Positions 49,556 through 63,608 of a DNA stretch of 64,000 nt are shown one piece after another. Both the position numbers and the translations under genes were made by a program. The DNA comes from Phoronis australis. Lineage: Eukaryota; Animalia; Phoronida. Location: positions 1,163,322 to 1,227,321 of the forward strand of contig NMRA01000053.1 of assembly GCA_002633005.1 (NCBI GenBank), written 5' to 3'. The notes beneath the pieces were generated by a model, which was given only the letters and a program-made list of their open reading frames with translations, was not told the origin of the DNA and did no database searches. Each line of letters begins with the position of its first letter. Positions within the stretch are counted from its first letter, which is position 1.

Positions 49556-52500
49556 ATGATGTGGTCTTCCGCCGTCCTCTGCTTCGTTTCGATGTTCGTC
49601 TCGTTAGCTCTGCACGTGAAAAGTGTAGAGCAGCGTAAGCCCTATCACCTAAAAAGGTAAGACAGATAATCAAGACACTCTCGTTAAACTTAGTATAGCC
49701 ATGTTGCTCAGTCAAATGGCGTCTCTTGGCTAATGGGACTCAACATCAGAGTGTCCCACGATTGAATCAGTTGTATATTTTAATCTTTGTTTGGGAGGTG
49801 GGGGAGGTTGGAGGCTATCAGTACTGAGTGTTTAGGTTTTTCATCAGCAGTAGCCTACGTACATTATGATTTGAGTTAAGGTTACTGCATAATCTGAAAC
49901 GAATTACTTTTAAAATGCAAAAAAATCAAACCATCCTATATGATATTAGAGAAACAGTTGTCTAATGGTATAAAAGCTGCGATACTTGTAAGTGAAGCTT
50001 TGCTGTTATTCTGACCGGAACCGGTGTGACGTCGGTAGGTTTGGTGTTGGGAAAAAATCTCGGATGTCTGAGAAATTTTCAATGAAACGACGCACTGCGT
50101 TGTTGATTTATTGCATTTCACAATGTGTGAAATATTTTCGAAGGAAACGAAGTCTAGCACGAGCCTGTTCTGACTGACATCTGGGCCAACTATAGGGAAA
50201 CGCAAACGTGAACGTCATCAACACTTTCTGGAGTCGTCGCTCAATTGGTTGAAAAACAACGATACAAAAATAGACAGCTAAATTTCACATATTTCATTGA
50301 ATCTAGGGGATATGTTCTCATACCTGACTGTGGTTATGACTCCAGTGTTACCTTTTTAAAGCTAAAACAACTGAAGAAAACAGAAAACTGTCAGACTATT
50401 ACATGGAATACATGTAAGCAAATCAGAGTTAATGAGGTGACATGGTTTGGTTGCCTTGTATAAGGATCGAAAAGTGATCTCAAACCAGTCATTTGAATAA
50501 TGACTAGGCGATTTCCTATCAAACGAGTGTATACATGTACATATGCGGTAGTTTGGCTCTTATCGTAAAATCCTGCAAATAAGGACATGCGCATGCATAC
50601 GAAGTGCTGCGTTTTTCGCAAGTTTTTTACTCAAATGTTTCGCATCAGGGTCGTGTGCACAAAGTCTGCAAATACGCGCATGCATTTACAACGAACACCC
50701 GTTGAGTCCGTAATCCAGACCACACCTGTTTTCAATCTTTCTTTTGTTAATCGCCAGGCTCATTTTTTACCGATGTCGCTACGCAAACGTCAACTACCTA
50801 CCACGCTGAATAAATACATCAATATAAACACGCATCGGCTCGAAACCTGCGTTGAAAACAAATAAAAACCAATCGCAGCGTTTCGGCCAAATTTTATTGT
50901 AGGTCTATGGCGAAAGAATGATTTTGTGACAACATTTCACGAGGAATTCAGTTTGAGAAGCCAAACACTTAAAAAAACTACCAATTTCTGTCCTTAACAT
51001 TTCAGCTTATTTCAGCCAATATTGTATTGTCGCGAAGACTCGCTATAGTAATAATTGGCCTGTATAACACAATAGGAGCTTAGATCAACTATGAGGTGTG
51101 ACATCAAGGGAGGACGGTGACACCGGTTTTCCCCTCTTGATGTAGAGAAGCCGATTGCTTGTCTTCAAGATACCACAGAACGGACCCGTTTCTTCATGCT
51201 GGTCTCCTTGTGCTCCGATTCTAGGAGCACCTTGAATGTATTTGAAAAATACACTAAACCAGTTACGCATCTTAGGATAGCTTGCAAACCGGGTTGGCTG
51301 TTGAAAGAAAGATACAGAAACGGATAACAGATCGCAGGGCACTGTGGCCCAGCACAGCTGGAGGAACTGAACTTACCGAAGACTTGTTCTTTTCTTGATG
51401 AGACGAACAAGCAAAACAGGTTTTTTTGGCTCTATGTCATCGTTAAGAATATGCTCGAATTCCACATGCAAAGTACAAAGCATAATTGACTCTGTGGTCT
51501 GAAAATCGAATCGGTAGTGCGGTACTTTTTAGTTGCTCACTTTTTCAAAAACGAAATGACGCGGAATTTGGGTTTTTAGCCACAACTTGGCAAATCATGG
51601 CCGTAAAACCTTGGCTTCAAATTAATCGTGTAGGTGGGCGCTTTTCTTTGTTTATTAAGTCAGTGGGCACAGGTCTCAAAATGAGTTGGGAAAAGACCAG
51701 AACTAAGTTTGCTTTTTTGGCCTCATACAGTGCTTGTCAAAACTGTTGTTGCGTCTATTTTTTGTAAAAGTAACTAGAAAGCAATGTCACGCTTTCATCA
51801 TTGTTATCACATTAAAAGCTGTAAATAGGTCGATACTTCTAAGCTGATTATTCTCATATGTATCACTTTACGAAAGCATAATAGTTTTTTAAATAGAAAA
51901 AAACTGATAGTTAAGATACTCAATTTATTCAGTATTTTGCATTCCGGCCCATATACAAGTATGAAAGTAGTAAATACAAGAGCTTAATTAAAAAAACGGT
52001 TGACGTAATACAGGCTGTTACATTAACTATGTAAGTTCCAAACGCTGCAAGACTTCATCAAATAAATGAACTGATCACCATAGAAGTTATAATACCAAAC
52101 TTTCTCCTACGATCTTCACATAGTGGACACTCTAAAAACGCGTTTTTCATCAACAGTGTCAGAACAAACATAGCAGAAACGCTGATCTCTAGCTATATCC
52201 AAGTGTATAAAACGTGCAAGAGCTGTAATTAAATATTTTTGTCTAGATATCTTGCATTCATAAGAATCTAATTTACTAAAAGATAATATTTCGTTCAGCT
52301 ATTGCTGTTCGTCTATGTACAAATAACTCTTCGTTACCAAGTGCTTGACTGACTCAAACAATACCAAACCCAGTCCTGACGTGGAGACCCCAGTTTTCAC
52401 GATTTTCTTCTGTAAAGTTTTGCTGGACCTTATGGCATGAGGAGGTGTATCAGTCTGAGGCAATTTCATCGACTTCAACCAATATCTAATAATCCCAGTA

Positions 52501-55500
52501 AACTTTCTTAACATCATTGTAGACATGCCAAGCTCACCCCTGGTTGCTGAATTGAGGGCACGAATTTACAAAATTTATTTTGAAGAATCTCGATGTTTGG
52601 GCCACTGTGAAAACCCCACACTTCCGAACCATATATAACATTAGGGCATATTTTAGTGTCGAACAATTGTAACCAAACGTTTACAGGAACACTTTAGAAT
52701 TGTGACATGTCCTTTTTAACAAAAACAGGTCTTTTCCAGCCTTATCAACAAAATTTGACTGACTTTTTGTAACTAATCTCAACAGTGATTTGTTCTCTAT
52801 TAATGAACCATTTTTCATAATTACGTAAGTATCCTCCTTTTCTGATAACCACATTTCTGGTTTTTGACATGTTAATTACTAGTTTCCATTTTTACAATAC
52901 ACTTCAACTTTCTTACTCATCCGTTGCAATTCAATGGCCGTCTTAATACCAGCAGATCATCTGCAAATAGCAAGCAATATAACTTTAACATACCTAATGG
53001 CACACATAGTGACCAGAATTAAAAATGAAAAAAGTACATCTGTCCCACAGATGTCAAGAAAGGCAAACTGCTGGTTTCTAGTTACTTATTGAACAAGCGT
53101 AAGTAAAGAATTGAAAAGACATACCCGATGTTCTTGAATGAAAAGCAAACCTCTTGTTTAGTTATATGTATAACGTTTTCATTGCAGGAAGACTTTGAAC
53201 GATTTAAAAACACGACTATTTTACAAAACTTTGATAAATATACTGAGAAGCAGCCATACCACTTGAAATAAAACATATGTTGCTCAAAGCGTTCTTGCTT
53301 TACGGACGGGTGTCCTTTTCAACAGCTAATCCTATAGGTGGACGAGGAAGCAGGAAGCTGGCCTTACTTTGCTTCTTACCCAGATTTGAAGTGATTTCTG
53401 AGCTTGGGAGGCGTGGTTAAAATACGTGGGTAACAGTGGGGGTCATTTTTGGGTGGAGAATAGTCTTAAGAATTCTTGAACTGAAAACAGAAACAGACCA
53501 ATGCTTGGATGAGAATTTTAATGCAACGTTTTATCAAGAGAAATTACAGATTTACTTTAGAAAACCACATTTTGACATTCATTGAAATTTTGAAAAAATT
53601 ATCTGGTCGCTTTTTCTTAAAAAAGAATCCAGTGATTGATAAAACTATGTGCAAGTAGAGGTTTTGAAGATTCTTTCAACAGATTGAGTGTGGCAAACAA
53701 AACGCCAGCCCTGTGATTATGATAAATTTCCTTCAATAATCCCCAGAAAGTTTGGAAATTGTGTTTGACAAAATTCGTCAAAAACTGACTGAAAACCCTA
53801 ATTATGCACTTTATTTTAATGAGAAAATGCTGTTCAAAGCAACTTTTGTTTATCTGCACTATTTGATTTAGTATGGAGTTGTAAAAATACATGATTATTA
53901 TAATGTCCTCTTCTGTAATTTTCAATCATTGGTACTTCCGGTTGAAAGTTAAACCATTTGAATAGTGCATGTACTAATTAGTAAAATAATTTTATTTACT
54001 TGCACATCTATGTATATATGTAGGTCATACAACTGAGAACACAAAACTGTTGGCATTTTGAAAATATGTATGCAGCAAACCTCTGCGCATTGTTGCGTCA
54101 TACAGTTAGCGAATCCTTGCGGTCATGCATGTTTTAAACTTTCGTGTGACAAGTCTAAAACAACATCACTTTGAAATGTTCACAAAGTGTCAACGCCTTA
54201 TTCCGTTTCTAAAAGGTGTCTGAAATAGAAAATATGTACAGTAGTTAAACGGCAGAATGAAAAGCAAATGTTGTAAACAAACACTCTTTGTGAATTTGGC
54301 AACATTTTCACTTTTGCACACGGCTTGAAATTTTCACGTTCAGGTTTGATTTGAAGTTTATCGTCTCTCTGCCAGCTTTTTGAATAATAAATAAACTTAA
54401 AACCAGGTTTTGTGTTTTATGTCTTCCAGTCTGCTTCGAAAATATGAAAATGTGATAATGTTTAAGTTTCAAGAAATTGCTGTAAAAATGTACTTAGCGA
54501 ATTGGTGAAACACACGTGGTTTCTAGAGCTTTGTTCGTGCGTGCGCGTTGTCTGGGTAACCGGTGTATCGGTGCATTCCGTAGTTTCAAGGTTTAATTAA
54601 TCATGGATGACTGTTACTTTTACAACCCAAAAACGAATTTAATTCGATAAGTCGTGTTTTCATAACCAGTGTACTTTTAGTTGCTCGCTTATATTTAATA
54701 GTCAATTTGTATCCTTCAAAAACGAATCCCCGCCTAAGCAGCTGGCAGTCACTGAGGTGAACCGTGGGCATTTCCTTGTTTTTACCCGTGACGCAAATCT
54801 TGCACTCGATTAGGAATAATTTCACGACGCTCGGCCGTTCATAACCCCGGGTCAGTGTCTCGTCATTGTCTCTACCACTGATAAATTTGGTAGAACTTAA
54901 CATTCATGAAGTCTCACTCACTGATGATACATTATGACCGATCTTTAAAGTACGTGGTGTTTCATAGACGGTAACCTGTAAAAAACTAACATTTGATTTA
55001 TAGTGCCTTTAAATATCTGGTGTCATTTGTTTCTTATATTAGAAAAAAGTTCTACGTTTGAGGAAACTGACCGTCACAAATATCAGTATTATCTGAGTAA
55101 GAAATTAGTTCTGTTGCTATAAGTGGCCTAAATAAAATGCATTTATTTATAGCAGCTTTTAAACAATGATTTAAACTGTAATTATGTTAATCATAAAAGC
55201 TCAATTGTAAAGTCAGAGTGCATTTTCAAAGGTGGTTATCGCCATTGTGACCGTAGTTGAAAACATTTCACAAATTCTTCCAATGTCTACCGTGTCAACG
55301 TGCCTTCCACGGCGGTGACCTTAAAATTTGGACACTATTTTTATTTTCTATAGTCGTGACATATTATATTGAAAAGTAATTAATAATACTCATTGAAGAG
55401 CCCAAATCATCAGAGCGCAACTGCTGGTGGTAATGGGTTTTATCTTATATTAGAACTCTGTGACGTCAAGGTTGTTCTTTATTGAAAGTGAGTTTACACT

Positions 55501-58500
55501 AGCAAATCAGGTATCTCCTAATTCTAATGAATGTTATCGGTTAGTATGAATATTCATTGTGAATATTTTCATGATGTGTAGTGCAATAAATAACTGATAT
55601 ATCATATGCATAAGAGATCTAATTGGAAAAAGAAATGTAATTAATTAAATGCATTTGGTCCGCAAGTATGTGGAACCTTTCAAAATTTAGAACACATTAG
55701 TTGTTTTTATCAGAAAGAAACTTTACCATCAGCAAAATCAAAAGTCTAATTTATATAAACTAAGAAAATGTCTGTAAACTTTAAAAATGAAATTACAATG
55801 ACTCTAACTAGGTACTGGTGTTTATTTCTCTAGTAAAAATACTGAATCATGATACAGGTGAGCGTATATCACGACAGACAGTCATTCACCGTTCACAATA
55901 TTGTCAAAAACATTAGCATCGTGATTGAAATCCTGACACGACAATAGCTGTACGAACACTGTGCGAATGGGAATCTAGAAGCATACGGTAACTCCTACAA
56001 GTTCATGATTAAAGTTTTTGTACAATTCATATAAACACTGCGAGGTCGTAGTAGACGACAAATAATGCTGGCCGGTATGTTACTGCTGCCTGGCAGTGTG
56101 CATCAACCTCTTGGTTTTTCTACGCAGTTCATTTGAATTAATCCCACAATTATTAACGGCGGGTTGACCACTAACATGCCGCAATGCCAAGGGAACTATT
56201 TTTCGCATTTATTCGAAAAATAAAGAGCATAACCGAGTTGATGTCGTATATGGCTGCCAACGCGAACTCCGATCTGAATCTGACTTGGTTGCACCACCAT
56301 CGTGTGAGAGAAATCATCAAAGCTACCTCATTAAATATTCAAGATGGTGGGTGAACCAGTGTACTCGATCGTCAAAATGATACACGTCAGTTTTGGCTTG
56401 CACCGTCCGTAGTTAATGACAGCAAACCTTCATGCGTGGAGCCAAAAGAAGCAAAAAAATATTCATCTGTCCACTTCCGCCTATAGAAAGGAACTAGAAA
56501 TTCACTAGGCCATGCTAGGTAATGCAACGGGTAATTAGTAAAAATACGTGGGCTGCATTTCATACACTCGCAAATTAAGCTAATGTTGTCACGTGCTCCC
56601 CTGGTAAAGCATGGCGAAATCAGGCAAAAACGTACGTGATAGTGTGTCATCCGTCGCGAGTGTCTTGCGTCTACGTAACACAGCTATGCACTCAGATCAT
56701 CGCGTGGGACCACAGGCACGCCTCCTCTCTCTGTCATTTCAGGAGTTAAAAAGAGGGTTGTCGTTAGCACCACCTGGTGAATAAGGAGTAGCCCATTGGA
56801 ACTAATACCTCCGAACTATTTTGCAGAGTGAAAAATGTGACCTAAGAAAACTTTTTTTTCGCTTTTGAGCCCGGTCTTCATGTGATACTAACATTTACTT
56901 CTGTATCAACTTTTTCTAGGTGTCTAAATGTACCTGATGATTTGCTTGAGTGGTTTAAAGGTTGCAAAATTAAGAAGTCTTCACGGTTAGATTGTGTGAC
57001 TGCTATTAAATGCCCAAAAGGTAAGTACAGATTTCAACAATTTCCTGTATTCAGTGTGTTAATCATGAATCTTAGAAATTTTCTTGGTCGATTTTTATCG
57101 TAATTTTATTGTAATTGTTGCAAATTTCCAAAGCTGTACGGTGGGATGTACCAATGGCTTACGAAAGAAGACAAAAGGTTTTCAAATATCAGTTGATTAT
57201 CAGGGATGTCGTGTTCCATTCATTTCCCACTGTAAAGATGTATCCGCGACAAAGCCAGTGACCGCCGCTGATAAAACGGGAGAATTGCGATTACAGACAG
57301 TGTCAAAAACCTAAAATAAATTAGTGAATTTAAGGAAATCCTAACCCTTATTCCCAAAAATTGGCCATATTTACAATATGTCACATATTTATGTGCATAT
57401 CTAGCAAAACACATTATCTTCATTCTCGGGGAACTTCAAATTCGAAATACATACCGTGTAGCGAGAAAAACAGATTTGGCACAAACACCTTGGAACTGCA
57501 CAACCGCGTGCAAATTACTTTACTACTTATTCGAGTTCAAAGGTTACAGGGCTCTCACTCAAATTGAATCTCCCGCCAGGCACAGAGCAGCTCCGTATGT
57601 ACCCTCAGTTTTTCATTCACAGAGTCGTCATAATATTACTTCAACGGCGTGTACATACTGTATGATAGAAATATGTCGGGGAAAACGAAGACAAACTACT
57701 CACGACGTGCTTTAACCAACGACCCGATTTCTGTAACCATGTCGTACTTTGTTTTCATATCAGTTTCCCAGGTCGTGATATGTCTAACAATGAGCTGTAT
57801 GACCTACTTTAAAGTGGACCACAATGCACCAGGTTGACCCACTTCATATGGTGACTCCGCCCATGACAAAATCGACTTGGTTTAAGTGAAAAGTTTTTGT
57901 GATAATTAAGTTAATTGGGCACTGCAAATTCATATGACATTGTTCGTGAATGTTGAAATAATGAACGTGGCTAAGGGGTGTATAGGTTAAATTGACCAAA
58001 AACAAGTTTTTACCGAATAATTGACTCGGCCTTGAAATTTTCACGTCTTGCCACCTAATCGGCTTTTCTGGGCTTCGGCAAATCGACTTAATTGGAAATT
58101 AGGAACACGAGTTCTCGAAAACGGCTCGATGGATTTTACTGTAACTTTCCAAACTCAATACTTATTCATCAACCTCAGAGACGCTTTTAGGATTTTCGAT
58201 ATAAAGACCTAGTTTTTACGCAATGTAACAAAGACGAACAGGACTTCTATTTTTTACAAAAATACCTTACACTTTGCGAGTTGACTTGTCATAGAAATCA
58301 CACAAAACCGTTAATTGAAAACTCTTAATAGCATTTCTGGGGTAACCGGTGAAGTTTTCATTTTTATAAGGTTTCACTAAAATCGACCCAGGGGTTACTC
58401 TATCATGAATGTACCTTTCGTATCATAGAATTTTGTTAACCTAATAATAATAATGACACATAAATATAAACATATTTTTATATTCCCTGACCATTTTTTT

Positions 58501-61500
58501 GGAAAATTTATACTTATACTAGTTGACACAGCGTAGTTTCTTGATATACAAGTTAGAATGGAGGCCACTAAATAAAGTTTGAGATAACCTTAACCAACCA
58601 AACTATGGGAGGACTGACAGTGGAATTATCTCCTCTACATTTATATTTCAGAACCACTATGTAGTAGTTTACTTTCTGTCCACCAAATCTGAGTCTGGAT
58701 CAGTCGGAAGTCACTTTCGTGGTACCATTACTCTTCTAGAGATCGCTAATATGAAAAGCCCCCCCCCTATTAAGTGATCCGTTTAATGTAAAGAATCCAC
58801 TAGTGTTTATTTTTCTAATAAACGTACCGAAGCATGATACAAGTGGACGTTCATCGCGAAGGACAGTCATTCAACGGTCAAAATACAAACAAGAACAGTA
58901 ACATTGTAATATTTCGTTGGTGTACGCGACAACTGCGCTGCAACTCCTTTGATAATCTTTGAGTAATAAATAAATTGTCAAGACCAGGAGCCACTTCTTA
59001 TCGAATACAGGAAAAATTTAGATCAATTCTTGTGGAGGTGCTTGGTGGCTTCAATTTGTAAAAAATAAAGAATGATAAATTGAGAAATAGCCAAATCTCA
59101 AAATATCTGACGACGTCACTCTGATTCCACGGTATAACCCGTAATACCGTCGTAGGGTACTCGTCTCAATCTTGCCCTGCTTATCCTTAATGTATGTCAA
59201 AGTCAGTACCTCGTTCTTCAAAGTTTTGCCGTGGCGCCTATAAGCTGTACAACCGACACAAAAACTTTGACTAGTTGAGTGGAGAGATATATCGTTCTGA
59301 ATGGTTGGGTTAACTTAAATACAAATATTTATCAAAGCCAAAGACCAAACGTGGACTTTCTAACAAAATAATAACTACATAGGTACATTCATAATACATG
59401 TACGTTCTTTTATACATTTGATTATCTCGTACAAAGACCGTAACTCAGGGGTTTTCACTAGAAGCTGATACTGTGATTGCGCAAATACTTTCCTGTATGA
59501 ATGCAATCCCAGAACCGTAGTATCATGTGGAGACAAGTAGGTCTCTGATACAGCTATTTGGACAAAAGAACACATACATGTACGGTGAGCAATCAATTCG
59601 CACTTACCAGTTTTGTTCGTTACTAGTTCGAATCATCACAGAAGTGTGCCAGCAGCATAATCTTTTAAAAACTAGGCCAATCATAAAACGCGTTTTTCCA
59701 CCTTCGCAACAGAAATGCGTCTATTTCATACGAAGCGTTTTTTGTTCAAGTACGTTGTTGTTCTACTAGGGAAATCAGCATTTGACAACGATGTGTGACA
59801 TAAGAAGCTGCATGTTCACGTTAGTTGCCGTTTCTTCTCTTGAATAGAATGTAAAGATAAAAGCGGTCATATTCACAAGTTAAACGACGAGTGGGCGGAG
59901 ACAAAGAGCGGGGTCACGTTTGACTGCGAGTGTAAACGCCCAACCACGTGGTTGTTTCCTTCTCCCGAAGAATTGCCACAAACATTGTACAAGAAACTCC
60001 CACCGCAGGCAATCTGCAAACGACGAGGTATACACATTTTAGTCGTTTAGTATACAATATCTGAATTAACAGAAAATTCTTCATTGCGCTATCAAATCTG
60101 GAGCATTGGAGTGCAATGTGATATTTAGTGCATCTCAAACATAAAGAACTGGGGAGTAGGTAATCACTAGAAACTGTGTCACAGTTTGATGAAAAGATAA
60201 TTTTTACCGATTTGGTTGGACAGCACACAACAGTCCACAATAAGTATGTAGGCTAAATTATCACCCGATTTATTATCATGTTTTTGTGTCAAGGTTGCGC
60301 TCGTTCAGGCGGACTTCACATGAATTACGACGACACGTATTACGAGGAACATGGCGGTAAGAGATACAAGTGCACGTGCGTCAATGGACCAGACCCCCTC
60401 GTGATGGATGACGCATCCCATTCGCACATTAAGTGCGAGGTTGTACATGTAGTTAGGTAACAAGAGGCAGTATCCAGGATTTACACAGGCGTTCGTACGC
60501 GCGAAATGAGCTGTATTTCAACAGACTATTCTTGGTCAAGTTTTTGGCAAATAAGCACCTACGTCTAAACTAATCTTTTCAACACATGCTGGACTTCGTT
60601 CCTCAGGTTGGTGGTTGAAGCTGGTTGCATTTGCGTGTTTTTTTTCGGACATTTGTATTGTTCAATTTATTCCTCAAAGTACATTATCGGTTTTACACTA
60701 CAAAAACGAATTTTTGAGACTGTTGTTGTTCAAAGTTTTTAGGTTTAACCAGAGTTCCAAAACAACCAAATCCGTTGTGTTCTTATGATTTTGTTACAAA
60801 TTGTCAATTTTCGCCGTTGTCTACCACGTCTTAGCTAAAAACAAGGCCGTGGATTGTGACTTATCGCTGCCAGCAGAGCGTTGGACAGCGGTGGCAAGGG
60901 GTTTGCAGTTTTAATTTCACGCAGAAACCGACCCCAGAAAATCACTTTTATCGCTGACAATATCCCTTTAATCTTAAATGGCAGAAAAGTAAAGCTTCAC
61001 CCAAATTATGATGGTTTTCCTGAGTTCTTTCGCATTTTTCCACATGCGCCAACACTCGTTTTAGACAAACTACACAAAAAAGGGTTACGTCAAATTGCTT
61101 GCCCTGAAATTGAAGAGACTTAGACAATGTCGCTGATATGCGTGTATTTCCAATTATTCATAATATCTTTTCTAACTTGGCTTGTACTGTTTCGAACACC
61201 GGTTTTGAAAAAAATACATGGCATCCCACAGGCAACCTTTATTTTCATGAACTATGACTTTAAAGGTGTTATCAAAAGATACTGATTATTTCCCAGAATC
61301 AGCATGTACACCCTGTATTTATATTATCACGTCGGCGCTAATTGAAGAAGATAATCGTATAATGTAAACATGTTAACTCGAACTTTTGCCAAAAATGTTA
61401 ATTAATGAAATTGAGATTTACGTTTATAATTAGGAATTGTATTAGAAAGCTGCAGTCACAATTTCCTTTGATCACTTTTCCAGGTGTATTTCGATACGTG

Positions 61501-63608
61501 AAACATTACTTACGTGGTTTAAAGGTTGTGTTATTGAGAGGGCTATGTCAGAAACTCCCTGTGTCACTGCCATAAGTAACTGCCCAAGAAGTAAGCATAT
61601 CGGTTTTTTATTCTCTAGTATCCAGTTAATTAAACTAAAATCGCCCGAACCATTGATTTGATTTGCTTTATTTTAAGTTACGCAAGGTAAGTTGAGGGCG
61701 TTATTTAACGATATCTGAACGCCACTTTTCATACATACTGGCTTTTCTCATGTCAGGCTCTGTAGAAAGCATTTGGAATTGTTAGTATACTGTGAAAGTA
61801 AATAATAATTATTGTTAACTTCTTTTGATTTCAGTTGTCTTTTCTGGTACCTCTTAAAGGCAAATTATCAATTGTTTAACATCATGAGAGTAATCAAATT
61901 TTGACATTTTGTAACTAACTCAGTTTAAAAGACGATAAAATTTCACTTTGCACGTGTAAACAGCTTCTGTTATTACAGTTTCGTTACGTTTCACCAACAG
62001 CATGTAAAGATGGGAGAGGTCAAACTCACCAATGGAATGAAGAGTGGGTAGAGACAAGAGGAGTCGCTAAGTTTGACTGCAAATGTAATCACCCGGTCAC
62101 TTGGGTGTTTCCCTCCCCCGATGACTTACCACCAGGATTGATCGAGAAAATTCCTCCATCGGCAAACTGTAAACGACGAGGTATCCACCTTTTGAGTGTA
62201 CATTCTGCTTTGTACAAAAACAATGAACAAGATTCATGTATAATTTCGAAAATCGCAAATATTTTTGCGATAGATTTAGACGACTCAAAAATAACTTGCT
62301 GAACAAGAAATTGCGTCAAAAAGGCTTTCCTTGTTATAAAGAAAGTATGAAACAAACTAACGAAAGAATGGCAAGAACGTTTCAAGAAATGTGGTGTCGC
62401 TTGCCGACTTCTAAATAGGTATTGTTTTGTGAACGCCCTAGAATGGAATGCGTTTATGTCAATTTCAAGAGAAGGGTTATGCTACCGAAGCAATGAATGA
62501 GCTTCTAAAGCGCACGTGTTAAAATATAGTTTTTTGCCATTGCGATTCGGACGGAAAAGTTTCGATATTTATGCATGCCATCACATTATTCACCAGTACG
62601 CCTTTCTCTCAAGCTTGTGCTCGTTCCGGCGGACTTCACATGAATTACAACGATACGTACTACGAGGAACGCGACGGCAAGATATACAGGTGCACGTGTG
62701 TCAATAGACCAGATCCCTTGTTAATGGATGACGCACCCCACTCCCACATTAAGTGCGAGGCCCTAAATAGGTAACAAGGGGTAGCAAGCACTCAAAAATT
62801 TACATATTCACTGAAACAAGCTGCTTTTTCAACAGACAATTCCGAGACAAGTGTTTCGCACATGACCAGAACGACATAAACTAGTCTTGAAGATACAAAC
62901 TGGTGTTTGCTGTTGAGCTACGTGGTTGACATTGGTTGTGTAGGCTTGTATTGACCGGATGTATATAAACGTATTGTTTAATTTATTCCTTAAAAGGACA
63001 TTCTCGATTTATAGTAAAAAACTGAATTTTGGGATTGTTATTCAACGGAATAATTTTTTGAAGTTATGAGCTTTGACTAGAGTTCTTTTTTTCTTAAAAG
63101 CACCTTTGTTTTTGTGATTTTGTTGCGAATCGTCAATTGACGTATCGCAACCTCCGTCCCCTTGCAAAATGTCGACAAACAAACAATAAGTTTTAACCAG
63201 CAACGTGTTGTTTGTTGGCCAATGGCGGCTTGGAAACGAATGTGTGTTAATAATGCTGCATTCTAATTGGTCACTTAAGCCGTCACTTGGCAGCAGAATG
63301 TTGGACAACGGTTGCGTGGAGTTGCAGTTTCGATTTCACGCTGAAATGGATATCAGAAAATCACTTTTATCGCCGATAATGTATCATTAATCTTTGCACT
63401 TTTGCCAACAATGGTAGTTTTTGAAGTTGAGAGTTACGTTTTTAATTAAGAATTCCATTTGACGGCTACAGTCATAATACCATTTGATAATTTTTTTCTA
63501 GATGTATTTTGATACGTGAATCATTACTCACGTGGTTTAAAGGCTGTACTATTGAAAGGGCGACGCCTGAGTCTGCTTGTGTCACTGCCATAACTAACTG
63601 TCCAAAAA
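49556..63608 (+). CDS. Secreted cysteine-rich multi-module protein, gene 2 (signal peptide-KR + [A-B-C]n, n>=2 complete plus a third A; runs off the window)
   Basis: Exons 49556-49656 (MMWSSAVLCFVSMFVSLALHVKSVEQRKPYHLK/R), A1 56920-57020, B1 59848-60027, C1 60294-60456, A2 61484-61590, B2 62001-62180, C2 62614-62770, A3 63502-63608. All phase-compatible (2,1,1,2,1,1,2) and homologous to gene 1 exons. No signal exon seen between C and the next A. If C1 is not spliced, the CDS ends at TAA 60458-60460. Confidence 0.82.

Noticed and set aside
51085-53925. Minus-strand ORFs 51085-51410, 52299-52526 and 53617-53925 as a nested gene or transposase
   Set aside because: No recognisable motifs or consistent splice chain; may be decayed repeat sequence but unsupported.
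58652-58660. 9-nt microexon in the A1-B1 intron (tttcag AACCACTAT gtagta)
   Set aside because: Weak donor, and inclusion would create TAA with the next exon.
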